Positions 8,232 to 18,800 of a stretch of DNA of 64,000 bases are shown piece by piece. The stretch spans positions 495-64,494 of IMG/VR virus record IMGVR_UViG_638276466_000001, one strand, 5' to 3'. This stretch comes from a virus. Its lineage: Duplodnaviria > Caudoviricetes. The position numbers were made by a program, and so were the translations under genes. Position 1 is the stretch's first letter; each line of letters begins with the position of its first letter. The notes beneath the pieces are model-generated. The model worked only from the letters and a program-made list of their open reading frames with translations, was not told the DNA's origin and did no database searches.

Positions 8232-9133
8232 CCTCTCCACTCGAAGAGCCGTCAGTATCACCTCAGCGGCCTCGCAAAAACTGGCTCCTGAGATACCTTG
8301 GAGTACAGGAGAAATACGATGCAATCATCGCAACAGCCCTGCTTGACGCTGCGGAAGATGCGGAACAAGGCATACGCCAAAGGATTGGCGACGACCGACT
8401 TGGATCGTCGACTCGAAGATATCAACTGCAGCTTGCGCGGTCTGCTGCACGTGACTCCCTCAAGCTGCTTTTCCGAAACGTGCATTCAGCGATCACAGCG
8501 GGTCAATCGGAGGCAGCGGTCGCGGCGGTCGAAGCAGGATTCCACGACGATCGCCGCATTCTGAATCGGCTGTTCCCGAACCGCGCTCGGCGCGCCAAGT
8601 ACGAAGACTCCATGCGGCAGAGCGCATCCCGTGGCGTCCAGGCCATGATGACGCGTGTGCTACAGAGCAACCGACCCCTTAGCCAACGCGTTTACCACAC
8701 GCAAGCCCTGGCCAACGGCACGGTAGACCGAGTGATCAACTCAGCACTGGTGAAGGGTGATGGTGCGGCCGACATCGCCAAGGCCGTGCGCCAGAGTATC
8801 CGCCCGGACGTGCCTGGCGGAGTCAGCTACGCTGCAATGCGCTTGGGGCGCACCGAGATTAACAATGCATTCCATGCTCAGGCGATTAACGACATCAACA
8901 CCAAGCCATGGGTGGATCATGTCGAGTGGCACCTGAGCAAAACACACAAGGAGCAGGGCTGTCGGTGCGAAGTGTATGCTCGCATCAAACGCTTTCCAAA
9001 GGAAGCGATTCCAGACAAGCCCCATCCGCAATGCCTCTGCTATATCACGGCTTCGCTGACACCCTGGGAGGAATTCGAAAACAACTTTCTGATGGGAATG
9101 TACGACAGCTACATCGACAACAATTTGCGGTAA
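8228..9133 (+). CDS. MuF-like minor head (head morphogenesis) protein
   Basis: RLGRTEINNA and PHPQCLC (HPNCRC-like) motifs; between portal and scaffold. Confidence 0.8.
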   Translation: MTSPLEEPSVSPQRPRKNWLLRYLGVQEKYDAIIATALLDAAEDAEQGIRQRIGDDRLGSSTRRYQLQLARSAARDSLKLLFRNVHSAITAGQSEAAVAAVEAGFHDDRRILNRLFPNRARRAKYEDSMRQSASRGVQAMMTRVLQSNRPLSQRVYHTQALANGTVDRVINSALVKGDGAADIAKAVRQSIRPDVPGGVSYAAMRLGRTEINNAFHAQAINDINTKPWVDHVEWHLSKTHKEQGCRCEVYARIKRFPKEAIPDKPHPQCLCYITASLTPWEEFENNFLMGMYDSYIDNNLR

Positions 9134-9165
9134 TAGGGTATGGTAATCCGCAGGAAGGAACTCTC

Positions 9166-9873
9166 ATGACTGACACATTCCTCGCATGGCTCGCCGCTAC
9201 CGGCTTGGCGCTGTCTGGCCACGACGACGATGGCGATGGTGACTTCGATGGTTACGACGACGATTCGGATGATTCGGACGACGGTGCATCGGATCGAGGA
9301 TCTTCTCGAAAGTCCGACGACAGTGATGATCGCGACAGTGGCGATGACGCCGATGATGCTGACGACGACGATCTTCGAGCAGATCTCAAGGCGAAGGACA
9401 AGAAGATCGCCAAGCTCGAGCGGGACCTCGAAGACGCCCTCGAGATGATCGAGGAGGCGGAATCCCAGCGCCGCAGGCGAGGTGACGATGACTACGATGA
9501 CGGCGACGCCGAGTACCACGAGCTGCGCGACGAGAACGATAAGCTCCGCGCTCTGCTCAATGGTCCGTACATCCGCTCGCAGATCTCGAGTTTCCGCGAC
9601 AAGGACGGGAATCCCAAGTGGGACTGGGAGGACCCGGAAACCGTGTTCGCGCTTCTGAAGACGGCAGACCTCGAGGTCGACGTCGAGACGGGCGAGATCG
9701 ACGGTCTGGAGGAGCAGCTGCGAGATCTTGCACGGAACAAGCCGTTCCTGTTGCGGCAGCGCAGCTCTCGTCGTGGCGCTTCGGGTAAAGTTCCCGGTGG
9801 CTCCAGCGACAAGAAGAAACCCAGTCGGGAAGACCTCGCGTCCGACTTCTCCGCATTCAACACCATGATCTGA
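9166..9873 (+). CDS. capsid scaffolding protein
   Basis: AGGAAGGA RBS; Asp-rich region plus coiled coil; upstream of capsid genes. Confidence 0.75.
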   Translation: MTDTFLAWLAATGLALSGHDDDGDGDFDGYDDDSDDSDDGASDRGSSRKSDDSDDRDSGDDADDADDDDLRADLKAKDKKIAKLERDLEDALEMIEEAESQRRRRGDDDYDDGDAEYHELRDENDKLRALLNGPYIRSQISSFRDKDGNPKWDWEDPETVFALLKTADLEVDVETGEIDGLEEQLRDLARNKPFLLRQRSSRRGASGKVPGGSSDKKKPSREDLASDFSAFNTMI

Positions 9874-9888
9874 TTGAGAGGTTGACCA

Positions 9889-10308
9889 ATGGCGAGGTAT
9901 GACAAGTACAACCCCTACGGTGGAGGCTTCCGAGCCCCGCTGGCAGCCGACTGGACTGACGCCGACGCTGGCAAGCTGTATGCCGTGGGCATCAACAACG
10001 TCGGGGCTGTCGTGAAGGGCGCAGGCCAGTCCGGCGTGGCTGGCGTGCTGGTGCTCACCAAGGGGGCCAAGGCCGGATCCATCGTGGACGTCATGAAGTT
10101 CGGCGAGGTCGTCGAATTCGGCCCCACCTCGGGCACTCCCGGCACTGACTTCGGCGCTGCTGGTACGGCGTACTACGCCGACACCAGCACCGGCGCAATC
10201 AACTCCACGTCCGGCGAGGCCAAGGTCAAGGTCGGACACACCGTCGGTGCTCAGCGACTGATCGTCGCCGTGGCCGATGGCGTTGTCGATCCGTCACCGG
10301 CAGCGTGA
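9889..10308 (+). CDS. capsid decoration protein
   Basis: 139 aa, Gly/Ala/Val-rich beta-type protein between scaffold and capsid. Confidence 0.7.
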   Translation: MARYDKYNPYGGGFRAPLAADWTDADAGKLYAVGINNVGAVVKGAGQSGVAGVLVLTKGAKAGSIVDVMKFGEVVEFGPTSGTPGTDFGAAGTAYYADTSTGAINSTSGEAKVKVGHTVGAQRLIVAVADGVVDPSPAA

Positions 10309-10344
10309 GGTAGCCCGATGAAAACTGCAACAGAAGGAAGGGTC

Positions 10345-11529
10345 ATGAGGGAGAGTTTCCTCGAGATCATCGCTGTGGTGGGCCTCTCTGGTCATGACAA
10401 CCAGGGTGGCTACAACACCGCCGGTGACATCAAGTACAAGACCGCCGATGGCGTGTCGTACGACAGCCTGTGGAACCTGTTCAGCAACGTCACGGACGAG
10501 TGGAACAAGCACAAGTCCAAGATGGTTCAGCTGATGACGTTCCCGGTCACCAACCAGACCGAGAAGGTGCCGCGCATCGGTCAGTTCGGCTTCGAGAAGG
10601 CCTCGGAGTTCGGCGTCCCCGAGAGCAAGCGGACCGAGCTGAGCTTCTACCAGCTCGCGTACGACTTCGAGGACTACGACCTGGCATTCCGGTACACCTG
10701 GAAGTTCCTGCGTGACGCTCCGTCGTCGCAGATCAAGGCGTACCACAACCAGGCCCTCCAGGCCGACGCCAAGCTCATCCACCGCAAGGTGATGGAGGCG
10801 ATCTTCGACAACCGCGAGCGCGAAGCGGACATCGAAGGCCTGCCCTACAAGGTCTATCCACTCTACAACGGCGACAACATGATCCCGCCGGAGTACAACG
10901 GCACGACCTTCAGCACTGGCCACAACCACTACCTGGTCTCTGGCGGTACGAAGATCGACTCCGCCGATGTGGAGATGGCTGCCGACCACATCCGTGAGCA
11001 CGGCTACACGGAGGAAAACGGCACCCAGCTCATCGCCTTCGCACACAAGGCCGAGATCCAGGAAGTCCGTCGGTTCCGCTTCGGGCAGACGAACAACAAC
11101 TCGGCCGTGGCGAACTACGACTTCGTGCAGTCGCAGGGCGAATCGCCCCTGTACCTGCCGAACGCGGACGGCCTGCTCGGCAAGCAGCCGCAGTCGATGT
11201 GGAAGGGCTTGCGCGTCAAGGGCTCTTACGACGACGTGCTCTGGATCGAAGAGCCGACCATGCCGGCAGGCTACGTCCTGTTCCTGGCCACTGGCGGAAC
11301 ACTCGCACAACAGAACCTCGTCGGCCTGCGCGAGCACGAGGACGCGGCGTGGCGCGGTCTGCGTCAGATCCCCGGCAACCAGACCCGGTACCCGCTGATC
11401 GACAGCTTCTACCAGCGGTCGTTCGGCACCGGTATCCGTCAGCGTGGTGGCGCAGTTGTCCTGCAGATCAAGGCCTCTGGCACTTACGACATCCCGACCA
11501 AGTGGACGAACGGTGGTGGATTCGAATGA
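10345..11529 (+). CDS. major capsid protein
   Basis: About 394 aa, strongly biased codons, position in head module; ATG 10345 after AAGGAAGG. Confidence 0.85.
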   Translation: MRESFLEIIAVVGLSGHDNQGGYNTAGDIKYKTADGVSYDSLWNLFSNVTDEWNKHKSKMVQLMTFPVTNQTEKVPRIGQFGFEKASEFGVPESKRTELSFYQLAYDFEDYDLAFRYTWKFLRDAPSSQIKAYHNQALQADAKLIHRKVMEAIFDNREREADIEGLPYKVYPLYNGDNMIPPEYNGTTFSTGHNHYLVSGGTKIDSADVEMAADHIREHGYTEENGTQLIAFAHKAEIQEVRRFRFGQTNNNSAVANYDFVQSQGESPLYLPNADGLLGKQPQSMWKGLRVKGSYDDVLWIEEPTMPAGYVLFLATGGTLAQQNLVGLREHEDAAWRGLRQIPGNQTRYPLIDSFYQRSFGTGIRQRGGAVVLQIKASGTYDIPTKWTNGGGFE

Positions 11530-11894
11530 GCCGTGTAATCCCGGAGGACCGTCCGCTGTCCGATGAGGACCGCGCATGGCTCAACGAGCGCAGCATGGAG
11601 TGGAAGGTCGAGCTGATCGACCGCGCCTACCCTCCGGGGTCGGACAAGGTCGAGGATGACACCTCGACCAAACCGTCCGAGCCGCAGGGCGATGACGACG
11701 AGGAGGTGGAGGTCGACGAGGACATCTCGAACTACGTCGAAGACCTCCCCAACAAGGACGCCGTCAAGGAGCGCCTGATCCTGGAGGAGGTGGAGTTCGA
11801 AGACGATGCGAAGCGTGAGGAACTCAATGGCCTCCTCGCGATCCACCTGCAGGAACAGCGGAACGCCGGCAAGGACGTCGAGCTCGGAGACTGA
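11526..11894 (+). CDS. acidic hypothetical head-associated protein
   Basis: ATGA overlap with capsid stop; MSRVIPEDRPLSDEDRAWL... Confidence 0.7.
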   Translation: MSRVIPEDRPLSDEDRAWLNERSMEWKVELIDRAYPPGSDKVEDDTSTKPSEPQGDDDEEVEVDEDISNYVEDLPNKDAVKERLILEEVEFEDDAKREELNGLLAIHLQEQRNAGKDVELGD

Positions 11895-11896
11895 TT

Positions 11897-12229
11897 GTGG
11901 CCTCCGAAGCAGATGTCCAGCTGTTCAAGACGCATCTGTCGGGCGTCGATGGTATTTGGGAAGATTCCGAGATCTCAGATACCATCGACGCCCTCGGGTC
12001 TGTCAGCAAGGCAGTGCGTGCTTACTGGTCCGGGGTGGTCAACACCACATACCTGCTGACCGATGTGAGCGAGAGTGGCAGCTCGCGTAACGCAACCATC
12101 ATCTACCGCAACGCCATGGAGCAGTTGCAACGGTGGGATGAGATCATCAAGGAAGAGGACGCCAAACAGGAAGCCGAGACTGTCGGTACTGTGAGGTTCA
12201 ACAGAATTTCGAGGAATTTCTCGTCATGA
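11897..12229 (+). CDS. head-to-tail adaptor (probable)
   Basis: Size and position; DVSESGSSR motif seen in actinophage adaptors. Confidence 0.6.
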   Translation: MASEADVQLFKTHLSGVDGIWEDSEISDTIDALGSVSKAVRAYWSGVVNTTYLLTDVSESGSSRNATIIYRNAMEQLQRWDEIIKEEDAKQEAETVGTVRFNRISRNFSS

Positions 12230-12633
12230 CCGTGTCAGCCAGTGCGCAAAGGGGATTGGAATTCCTGCGTGCTGGCACACGCGCATTCATCGACGATGAT
12301 CCGACCACGATCGTCCTCAATCGTGGCCAAGCAACCCGTGTCGAGAAGCCTGGCGGCGGATACGATTTCACCCCAGGGGCTCCACGAACTGCACAGATCT
12401 TCAAGGTCATCAACCAAACTGGCGACGGGTCGGCACTAACCGAGGCCCAAGACGGCATCCAGACGCCGGTACGTGAGTACATCCTGCTGGGAGCCCATGA
12501 TTCTGTGGCCGAGGTTGGCGACTGGTGGGTCGACGGCAACAATCGGTACACAGTGACCGAATTGCTCGTGGCAAATGGCTACGAGCGCAAATGGCGTGTC
12601 CGCAGCGTGGGGCTGGAGCCCAATTATGGCTAA
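12226..12633 (+). CDS. head-to-tail stopper (probable)
   Basis: Beta-rich 135 aa, EVGDWWVDGNNRYTV; synteny. Confidence 0.6.
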   Translation: MTVSASAQRGLEFLRAGTRAFIDDDPTTIVLNRGQATRVEKPGGGYDFTPGAPRTAQIFKVINQTGDGSALTEAQDGIQTPVREYILLGAHDSVAEVGDWWVDGNNRYTVTELLVANGYERKWRVRSVGLEPNYG

Positions 12634-12988
12634 GATCGAGTTCAAGTTCAAGGACATCGAGCTACGCCGGGGTGTGGAAGACATGGAAGCCAAGGTCGAC
12701 CGCGCCATGAAAGCCACCAGCAATTACCATGCGGTCGAGGGCACGGCCCACATGAAGGAGCATGCTCCCTGGACTGACCGGACGGGTGCTGCGCGTGCTG
12801 GTTTGCACGCTGTGGCCAGCACTCCGCAGCCCGACCGCTACGAAATCGTGTTTGCCCACACGGTGCACTATGGCATCTGGCTCGAGATCGCAAACAGCGG
12901 TCGGTACGAGATCATCATGCCCACAGTCCACCACGAGGGCAAGCTCATGGCTCAGCGTCTTCGCGGCCTCCTGGGGAGGCTCCGATGA
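12626..12988 (+). CDS. HK97 gp10-like neck/tail completion protein
   Basis: APWTDRTGAAR and YGIWLE motifs. Confidence 0.7.
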   Translation: MAKIEFKFKDIELRRGVEDMEAKVDRAMKATSNYHAVEGTAHMKEHAPWTDRTGAARAGLHAVASTPQPDRYEIVFAHTVHYGIWLEIANSGRYEIIMPTVHHEGKLMAQRLRGLLGRLR

Positions 12989-13404
12989 GCAGAGCCGCAG
13001 TGCTAGATGCGCTCCGGGCCGATGTTGCGCTCGGGCAAATGCTCGTTCCGAGCAACATTCTAACGAACTACTCCAAAGAGGGTCCGCCTAACCATTTGGC
13101 TCCAGGGCCATTTGCAGTGATTCGTTGGGGTGGCAAAACGATTGACCCTGCGGTGAATCGCGGGCCCAGAGACGTGAACATCTGGGTTCACATCCCGCAA
13201 CGTCAAAGCACTGACTACACGCGGATCGATCGAATCCTCAAGCGCACCAAAGAGATCATGCTGTCTCTGGAAGACGTTGCTGGCGCTGATGGGGCCCACT
13301 TGGTCAGCACGCGCTTCCTGGCGGAGAGCGATGATCTCGTTGACCCGGGATTCGAAACGATCACGCGCTACGCGACATTCAGCGTGCTCAGCAGAAGCAC
13401 CTGA
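12985..13404 (+). CDS. tail terminator (probable)
   Basis: 139 aa, synteny ahead of major tail. Confidence 0.6.
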   Translation: MSRAAVLDALRADVALGQMLVPSNILTNYSKEGPPNHLAPGPFAVIRWGGKTIDPAVNRGPRDVNIWVHIPQRQSTDYTRIDRILKRTKEIMLSLEDVAGADGAHLVSTRFLAESDDLVDPGFETITRYATFSVLSRST

Positions 13405-13440
13405 AGTCAAGTACGATAACCAACAGGAAAGGATGCTCTC

Positions 13441-13797
13441 ATGGCGAATCAGATCACCCCACCGCCCTCGGATGTCAAGCCCGCAGAGGCCTCTGCACCC
13501 GAGGCCCAGGATTCGTCCTCGGGCAAGCGGAAATATCTCAAGTTCGTTGGCACGAAGAAGATCTCACCTTCGCATCGCGCCGGCAGTCACTACCACATCA
13601 CCGAGGCACAGCTGGTGGAAGCCGGTGTGCCGCGCGAACGGTGCTTCAAGTCCAAGGGCTCTGGCAAGGATGCGCTCGCGGTGACCGAGGTCACCTTCGG
13701 CCCCGAGACCCAGCACAAGGTGCCGCTCGACGCCTTCTACAAGGAGGCCGCAGACCGGCTGTTGCAGGAGCCGGACATCATCCTCGTTGAGGAGTAG
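13441..13797 (+). CDS. hypothetical protein
   Basis: AAAGGA RBS, 118 aa; GTACGAT -10-like hexamer upstream at 13411. Confidence 0.7.
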   Translation: MANQITPPPSDVKPAEASAPEAQDSSSGKRKYLKFVGTKKISPSHRAGSHYHITEAQLVEAGVPRERCFKSKGSGKDALAVTEVTFGPETQHKVPLDAFYKEAADRLLQEPDIILVEE

Positions 13798-13808
13798 GGA
13801 ACGCGTGA

Positions 13809-14009
13809 GTGCAATACCGATGCAAGGGCAAGGTTCACGGGGAGCTGTCGGAAGACGGTCTCCTCGTGTTCATGTGCTCCCACATCGCTTGCACAGGAGG
13901 GAAGAAGCGATCGTTCGTCCTTCACTACATGGACCCAAACACCGGCACCATCAAATACACCTCGCGACCATACCGGAACCCATTGAAAGGTAAGGAAAAT
14001 GGCAATTGA
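13809..14009 (+). CDS. small zinc-ribbon protein (Mu Com-like)
   Basis: RCKGKVHG...CSHIAC spacing; precedes major tail gene. Confidence 0.5.
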   Translation: MQYRCKGKVHGELSEDGLLVFMCSHIACTGGKKRSFVLHYMDPNTGTIKYTSRPYRNPLKGKENGN

Positions 14010-14841
14010 CACCGCATTGCCCTATGGTCTGAGGGACGTGAAGATCACACCCTATGCAGACGAGGGTGGCACCGTTCTCGGCGATACGAGCTACGACCTG
14101 CCGAACGCACAGACGTTCAGCTTCAACGAAACTGAGGAGTTCACCGAGCTCCGTGGCGACGACCGGCTGGTAGCGACGCACGGCAACGGCGCGCAGGTCG
14201 ACTGGTCGCTGGAGGCCGGTGGCATCAGCCTCGTGATCTGGTCGATCCTGACGGGTGGCCAGCTGATCCAGTCCGGGCTGACCCCGAATCGCAAGGAGAT
14301 CATGCGGAAGCGCGGCACCGACGTGCGTCCGTACTTCCGCGTGGACGGCCAGGTCATGTCGGAATCCGGCGGCGACATTGTGGCGCGCGTGTACCGCTGC
14401 CGCTGCAATGACAACATCGGCGGTGACTTCGGAGACGGTACCTTCCACATCACCAGCTGCTCGGGTGTCGGTCTGCCCCTGCTGGATGAGGCGAACGACC
14501 TGCTGTACGACATCATCCGCAACGAGTCCAAGACGTCGCTGACGCTCACCCCGGAGCCCAATCCGCTGCAGTCGCCGCAGAACCTGTCGGCTGGCACGAC
14601 CACCGCCACCAGCGTCGTACTGACGTGGACGGAAGTTGTTGGCGCAGACGAGTATCGGGTGCAGAAGTCTTCGGACGCCGGTGTCACCTGGAGCCTCGTC
14701 GACGACGTGGATACCGCCACCATCACGATCAGCGATCTCACCGCCAGCACGGCCTACCAGTTCCGTGTGGCGACCAAGGTTGGCAGTGCGCTGTCGGTGT
14801 ACTCGGCTCCGTTGCCGGTCACCACGCCTGCCTCAACCTAA
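13999..14841 (+). CDS. major tail protein with C-terminal fibronectin type III domain
   Basis: LPYGLRDVK, ELRGDD tail-tube N-terminus; PQNL..SVVLTW..YRV..L..STAYQFRV FN3 pattern. Confidence 0.88.
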   Translation: MAIDTALPYGLRDVKITPYADEGGTVLGDTSYDLPNAQTFSFNETEEFTELRGDDRLVATHGNGAQVDWSLEAGGISLVIWSILTGGQLIQSGLTPNRKEIMRKRGTDVRPYFRVDGQVMSESGGDIVARVYRCRCNDNIGGDFGDGTFHITSCSGVGLPLLDEANDLLYDIIRNESKTSLTLTPEPNPLQSPQNLSAGTTTATSVVLTWTEVVGADEYRVQKSSDAGVTWSLVDDVDTATITISDLTASTAYQFRVATKVGSALSVYSAPLPVTTPAST

Positions 14842-14849
14842 CCCAAGGC

Positions 14850-14892
14850 TCTCTGGGGCGCAGGGTGTGGCAACTCGACTGCGCCCCAGAGA
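14850..14892 (+). terminator. strong hairpin after major tail gene (terminator, attenuator or stability element)
   Basis: 14-bp perfect inverted repeat TCTCTGGGGCGCAG/CTGCGCCCCAGAGA; no long U-tract. Confidence 0.55.
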
Positions 14893-14922
14893 ATTCCATC
14901 TAGAGCCCAAGGAGGCCATGAT

Positions 14923-15576
14923 ATGCCCGAAATCAGCGAGCAGGAACTCGAAGAGCTCCGTCGGATCAGGGAAGAAGCCCTGGCTCAGGAGCGCGCTCGG
15001 AAATCTGCAGAGATCGAGGAGCAGGCCAAGAAGGCCGCACTCTCTGCCCTGGCGGAGGCTGAGGAGAACAAGTTCGCCGTCAAGGGCTGGGGCAAGGATG
15101 TCGTCCGTAAGACATTCGACATCCAGTGTCCCAGCGGACAGTGGTGCCACGCCAAGACTCTGACCATCGAGGACGCGATGTCGCTCGGTCTTCTGGACAG
15201 CCTCGATCTGTTCACCAGCACGCTCATGGCTCCGATCATGGCCAACGACGAGGACAAGGAGCGCGCTGAAGAAGAGCGCAACGCTGGACTCCTCAACAGC
15301 CTGAAGGATTCTGGCAAGCGAGCCAGCTTCTTCGGCACGGTGAACCGTGTGACGGCGCATTGTGTACTGAAGCCGCGCGTGGTCCTCGAAGACGACGGCA
15401 ACCTCCCCGAAGGCACCGTCTTCGCCGACGATATCCCGTTCGCCGATAAGATGCACATCTTCCGGAGCGTGTTCGGGGGAATGGGGAATTCCACGATGAA
15501 CACGTTTCGCGAAGGACCGGAAGGCAGCGTGGCAGCTGTACCAGATGGCGCTCCTGTACAGGACGCGTCCGAGTGA
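14923..15576 (+). CDS. tail assembly chaperone (G-like)
   Basis: GGAGG RBS; between major tail and tape measure. Confidence 0.8.
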   Translation: MPEISEQELEELRRIREEALAQERARKSAEIEEQAKKAALSALAEAEENKFAVKGWGKDVVRKTFDIQCPSGQWCHAKTLTIEDAMSLGLLDSLDLFTSTLMAPIMANDEDKERAEEERNAGLLNSLKDSGKRASFFGTVNRVTAHCVLKPRVVLEDDGNLPEGTVFADDIPFADKMHIFRSVFGGMGNSTMNTFREGPEGSVAAVPDGAPVQDASE

Positions 15577-15817
15577 CCTAGTCGGTTTGGAGGATCCGTT
15601 GCTGCGATACTACTTTGATCGAGGGCTGCGGATCTTCGGCGTAACGGTGCAGAACAGGGTCGATGATGCTGGCCATGCTGCGGGCCGTGGCGCCAAGAAC
15701 AACCGGAATAGGGAAGCGCTTCAGAATGGTGCGCGCAAGCGCACCTTGGCCAAGCTGCTGGGCGAGGACATGGTGAGTAGCTCAGCTGGCTTCCGAGATC
15801 CGGCGAAGGCGGTGTGA
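15545..15817 (+). CDS. tail assembly chaperone C-terminal part (T-like), probably reached by +1 frameshift
   Basis: Overlapping ORF in the +1 frame, open from 15500; ends 1 nt before tape measure start. Confidence 0.65.
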   Translation: MALLYRTRPSDLVGLEDPLLRYYFDRGLRIFGVTVQNRVDDAGHAAGRGAKNNRNREALQNGARKRTLAKLLGEDMVSSSAGFRDPAKAV

Positions 15818-15818
15818 C

Positions 15819-18800
15819 GTGCCAGATTACGACCTTGGGCGTGCCCATGGCAAGATCGTCTTCGACGTTGACAAGAGTGGTGTTCGACGCGCCGAAGGCG
15901 CGATGGACCGCATGGAGGAGTCGGCCCACAGGGTAGCCGAGGGGTTCGACGAGGCTGAGAAGTCAACCTCTGCTTGGGAGAAGACCAATCGCAAGGCTGT
16001 GGGCACCACTGAGGCTCAGGCGCGTGCGCTCGATCGGTACAACCGCATTCAGGAGGAAGCTGAGCGCGCTGCAATCGAGCGTCGCAAGGCCGAAAAGGAG
16101 CTCAAGGAAATCCTCGATGCCGGTAAGGCTACCGAGGAGGAGATCCAGAAGGCCATCGAGAAGACCAACAAGGCCAAGGGCAAAGCGCTACAGCTCGCCA
16201 AGGAGCGCAAGAAGGCTGAGCGCGATGTCGAGCGAGCTGCAGCTGGCCTGCCTACTGAGCACGAGACCAAGCTCAAGATCAACACCAAGGACGCCGATCG
16301 GGGCGTCGATCGTTTCTTCGACAATGTTGATCGTCGTGCTGAACGTAGTGCGCGCGTCATCGCCAAGCTGGGCACAGGAACGATCAAGGCTGGTGCCGCG
16401 ACGGCTGGTGTAGGTGCGCTGGGCGGGTTGCTGGGTGTAGCGGGGTCGGGTGCTACCGGCGTCGCAAGCATCGGCATCTTTCAGCTTGGCGCGGCGATCG
16501 CCGATCTGTCTGGCGCACTTGGTGTTCTGCCCGGCGTCGTGGGTGCAGGTGCCATCGCGATGGGCACGATGCAGCTCGCCACCAACCGATTCGGCGAGGC
16601 TCTCAAGGACCTCGGCACCGACGACTTCGCCGACGCGATCAAGGAACTAGCTCCGGCTGCACAGTATGTGGCCGTTGAGCTCAACACGCTCCTGCCCGTG
16701 TTCAAGAACTTCCAGAAGAACGCCGAACAGGCGCTCTTCGAGCCGCTCAAGGGTGTGACCACTGAGCTGACGACGACCTTCCTGCCGACGATCCAGGGTG
16801 CAACTAACCAGATCGCCAACATCTTCGGTCGCACCGGCGCTGGCCTGGCGGAATGGCTCATGAAGCCAGAACAGCAGCGCGACATCCAGAACTTCCTGTC
16901 GAACACCGTCGAGGGCTTCGAGCGCCTGTCGGATGCTGCTCAGCCACTGCTGCAGGCATTCACCGACATCATGACGGTGAGCGGCGAGTTCCTGCCCCAG
17001 ATCGGTAGTGAGATCGCTGAGGCCGCAAAGGAATTCGCTGGCTGGATTCGCACCATGCGGGAGAATGGCGAACTCGCCGCGTGGATCCGCGATGGCATCG
17101 AGGAGCTGAAGACATTCCTTGGTGCGCTCAAGAACTTTGGGCTGGGTCTGGTGTACATTGGCCGCATCGCCAACGAGTTCGGCAGCGGTTTCATCGCTCT
17201 GTTCGAGAAACTTAGCCAGACTTTCCTTTCCTGGACGCAGAGCGTTGAGGGACAGGAAGCCCTCACCAAGTTCTTCATGGCCACGAGTGAGGCCGCGCGC
17301 GTGCTCATGCCGCTGCTTGAGAAGCTGGGCACGCTGTTGTTCGGCACCATCGGAGCAGGCTTGGCGCGCTTGGGAATTGAGCTCGCTCCGGCATTTAACT
17401 TCCTGTTCGAGACGCTGAATGTCGGCTTCCAGGATCTGATCCAGGTGCTGATTAACAGCGCACCCCAGATCACCCAGTTCCTCACGACGCTGGGCATTCT
17501 GTTCGTTGACATCATCAGACAAGTCGGACCGCACTTGCCGGCACTGCTCGGCAGCATTGCCGATCTGTTCTATAAGCTGGGCTTGGCTGTGGGCCCGATG
17601 GCGAGTGCTCTGGTACAGGGTGTCACCGCAATCATCAACGCCTTCAACGACAAATGGGAGACCATCGCCGAGAGCCTCAAGGGGTTCGCCGGTGCCGTTG
17701 CGAAGGCGATTGAGACCGGTGACTGGTCGGACGTCGTCGACCGCATCACGAATCTGTTCCAGCCCTTGGGCGATGCTGCGATGCAGGCTCTGCTCGAGAC
17801 CATCGAGCGCTGGACCAAGGACATCGCACAGGCCGGTCTCAAGGTCATGATCGCCCTGGCCGACGAGATCATCCCCTGGATCGACATCAATGCCCCGACA
17901 TGGGGCGAGAAGATCGTCAAGGGGCTGCTCGATGGCATGGTCGGAGCTATCCCGGTCATCGGACCGGTGGCCAAGAAGGTCCTTGGGGCGCTGAGCGATT
18001 GGTTCCCGAGTTCTCCGGCCAAGAAGGGTCCGTTCTCGGGTACCGGCTGGACGCCGTACCGTGGCAAGGCGTTGATGGAAGGCTTCGCCGAAGGCATCCT
18101 GGCTGGCGGAGCAAGCACCCAGAAGGCCGTGGGATCGGCCGTGGGAGGCGCGAGCGCCGGGATGAACTCCGGCATCAGCGACCTCGTCAAGGACCTCACC
18201 GAGCTCACGAGCTTTGGTCGGAATCTGCTCAGCTTTGTCCAGAGCATCAGCGACGTCGTGTTCCAGACGATCAAGTTCGCCACCACAGACTTCAAGACGG
18301 GCGAGAGCACCCTGCCAAAGCGCTTCGTGCGCAATGTGAGTGATGAAGAGCTCGCCAAGCGTCGTGAGGACAAGGCGTATCGCGACAGCCTCAAGGAGCA
18401 GAAGGAGAGCGGCACCGGTCCCACGGGCACTCTGTCGCCGGAACTTCAGCGCCTGCTTGACCAGACGAATCCGGGCGGAACAGGTGAAGCCGCAGTTCCG
18501 TTGATCCAGAAGGAAGACGGCACCTGGACTTCTCCGAACAAGGAGTGGGCCAAGCTCATTCAGCGTGAGTCGGGCGGCAACGCCACAATCACCCAAGGCA
18601 TTCAGGACGCCAACTCCGGCGGGAATGAGGCCGAGGGGCTGTTCCAGATCACGCCGAGCACTTGGAAGGCGTACGGCGGCACAGACTTTGCTCCGAACGC
18701 GAAGGCCGCCACTCCACAGCAGCAGGCGATCATCGCTGCGCGGATCATCCAAAAGAATCCGAGTGGGTCTGACTGGGGTGCGAACCTTCCGGGGCGTGAG

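Noticed and set aside
15474-15481. CGGGGGAA as the classic -1 chaperone slippery site
   Set aside because: The -1 frame stops near 15580 and does not reach the downstream ORF, which is in the +1 frame.
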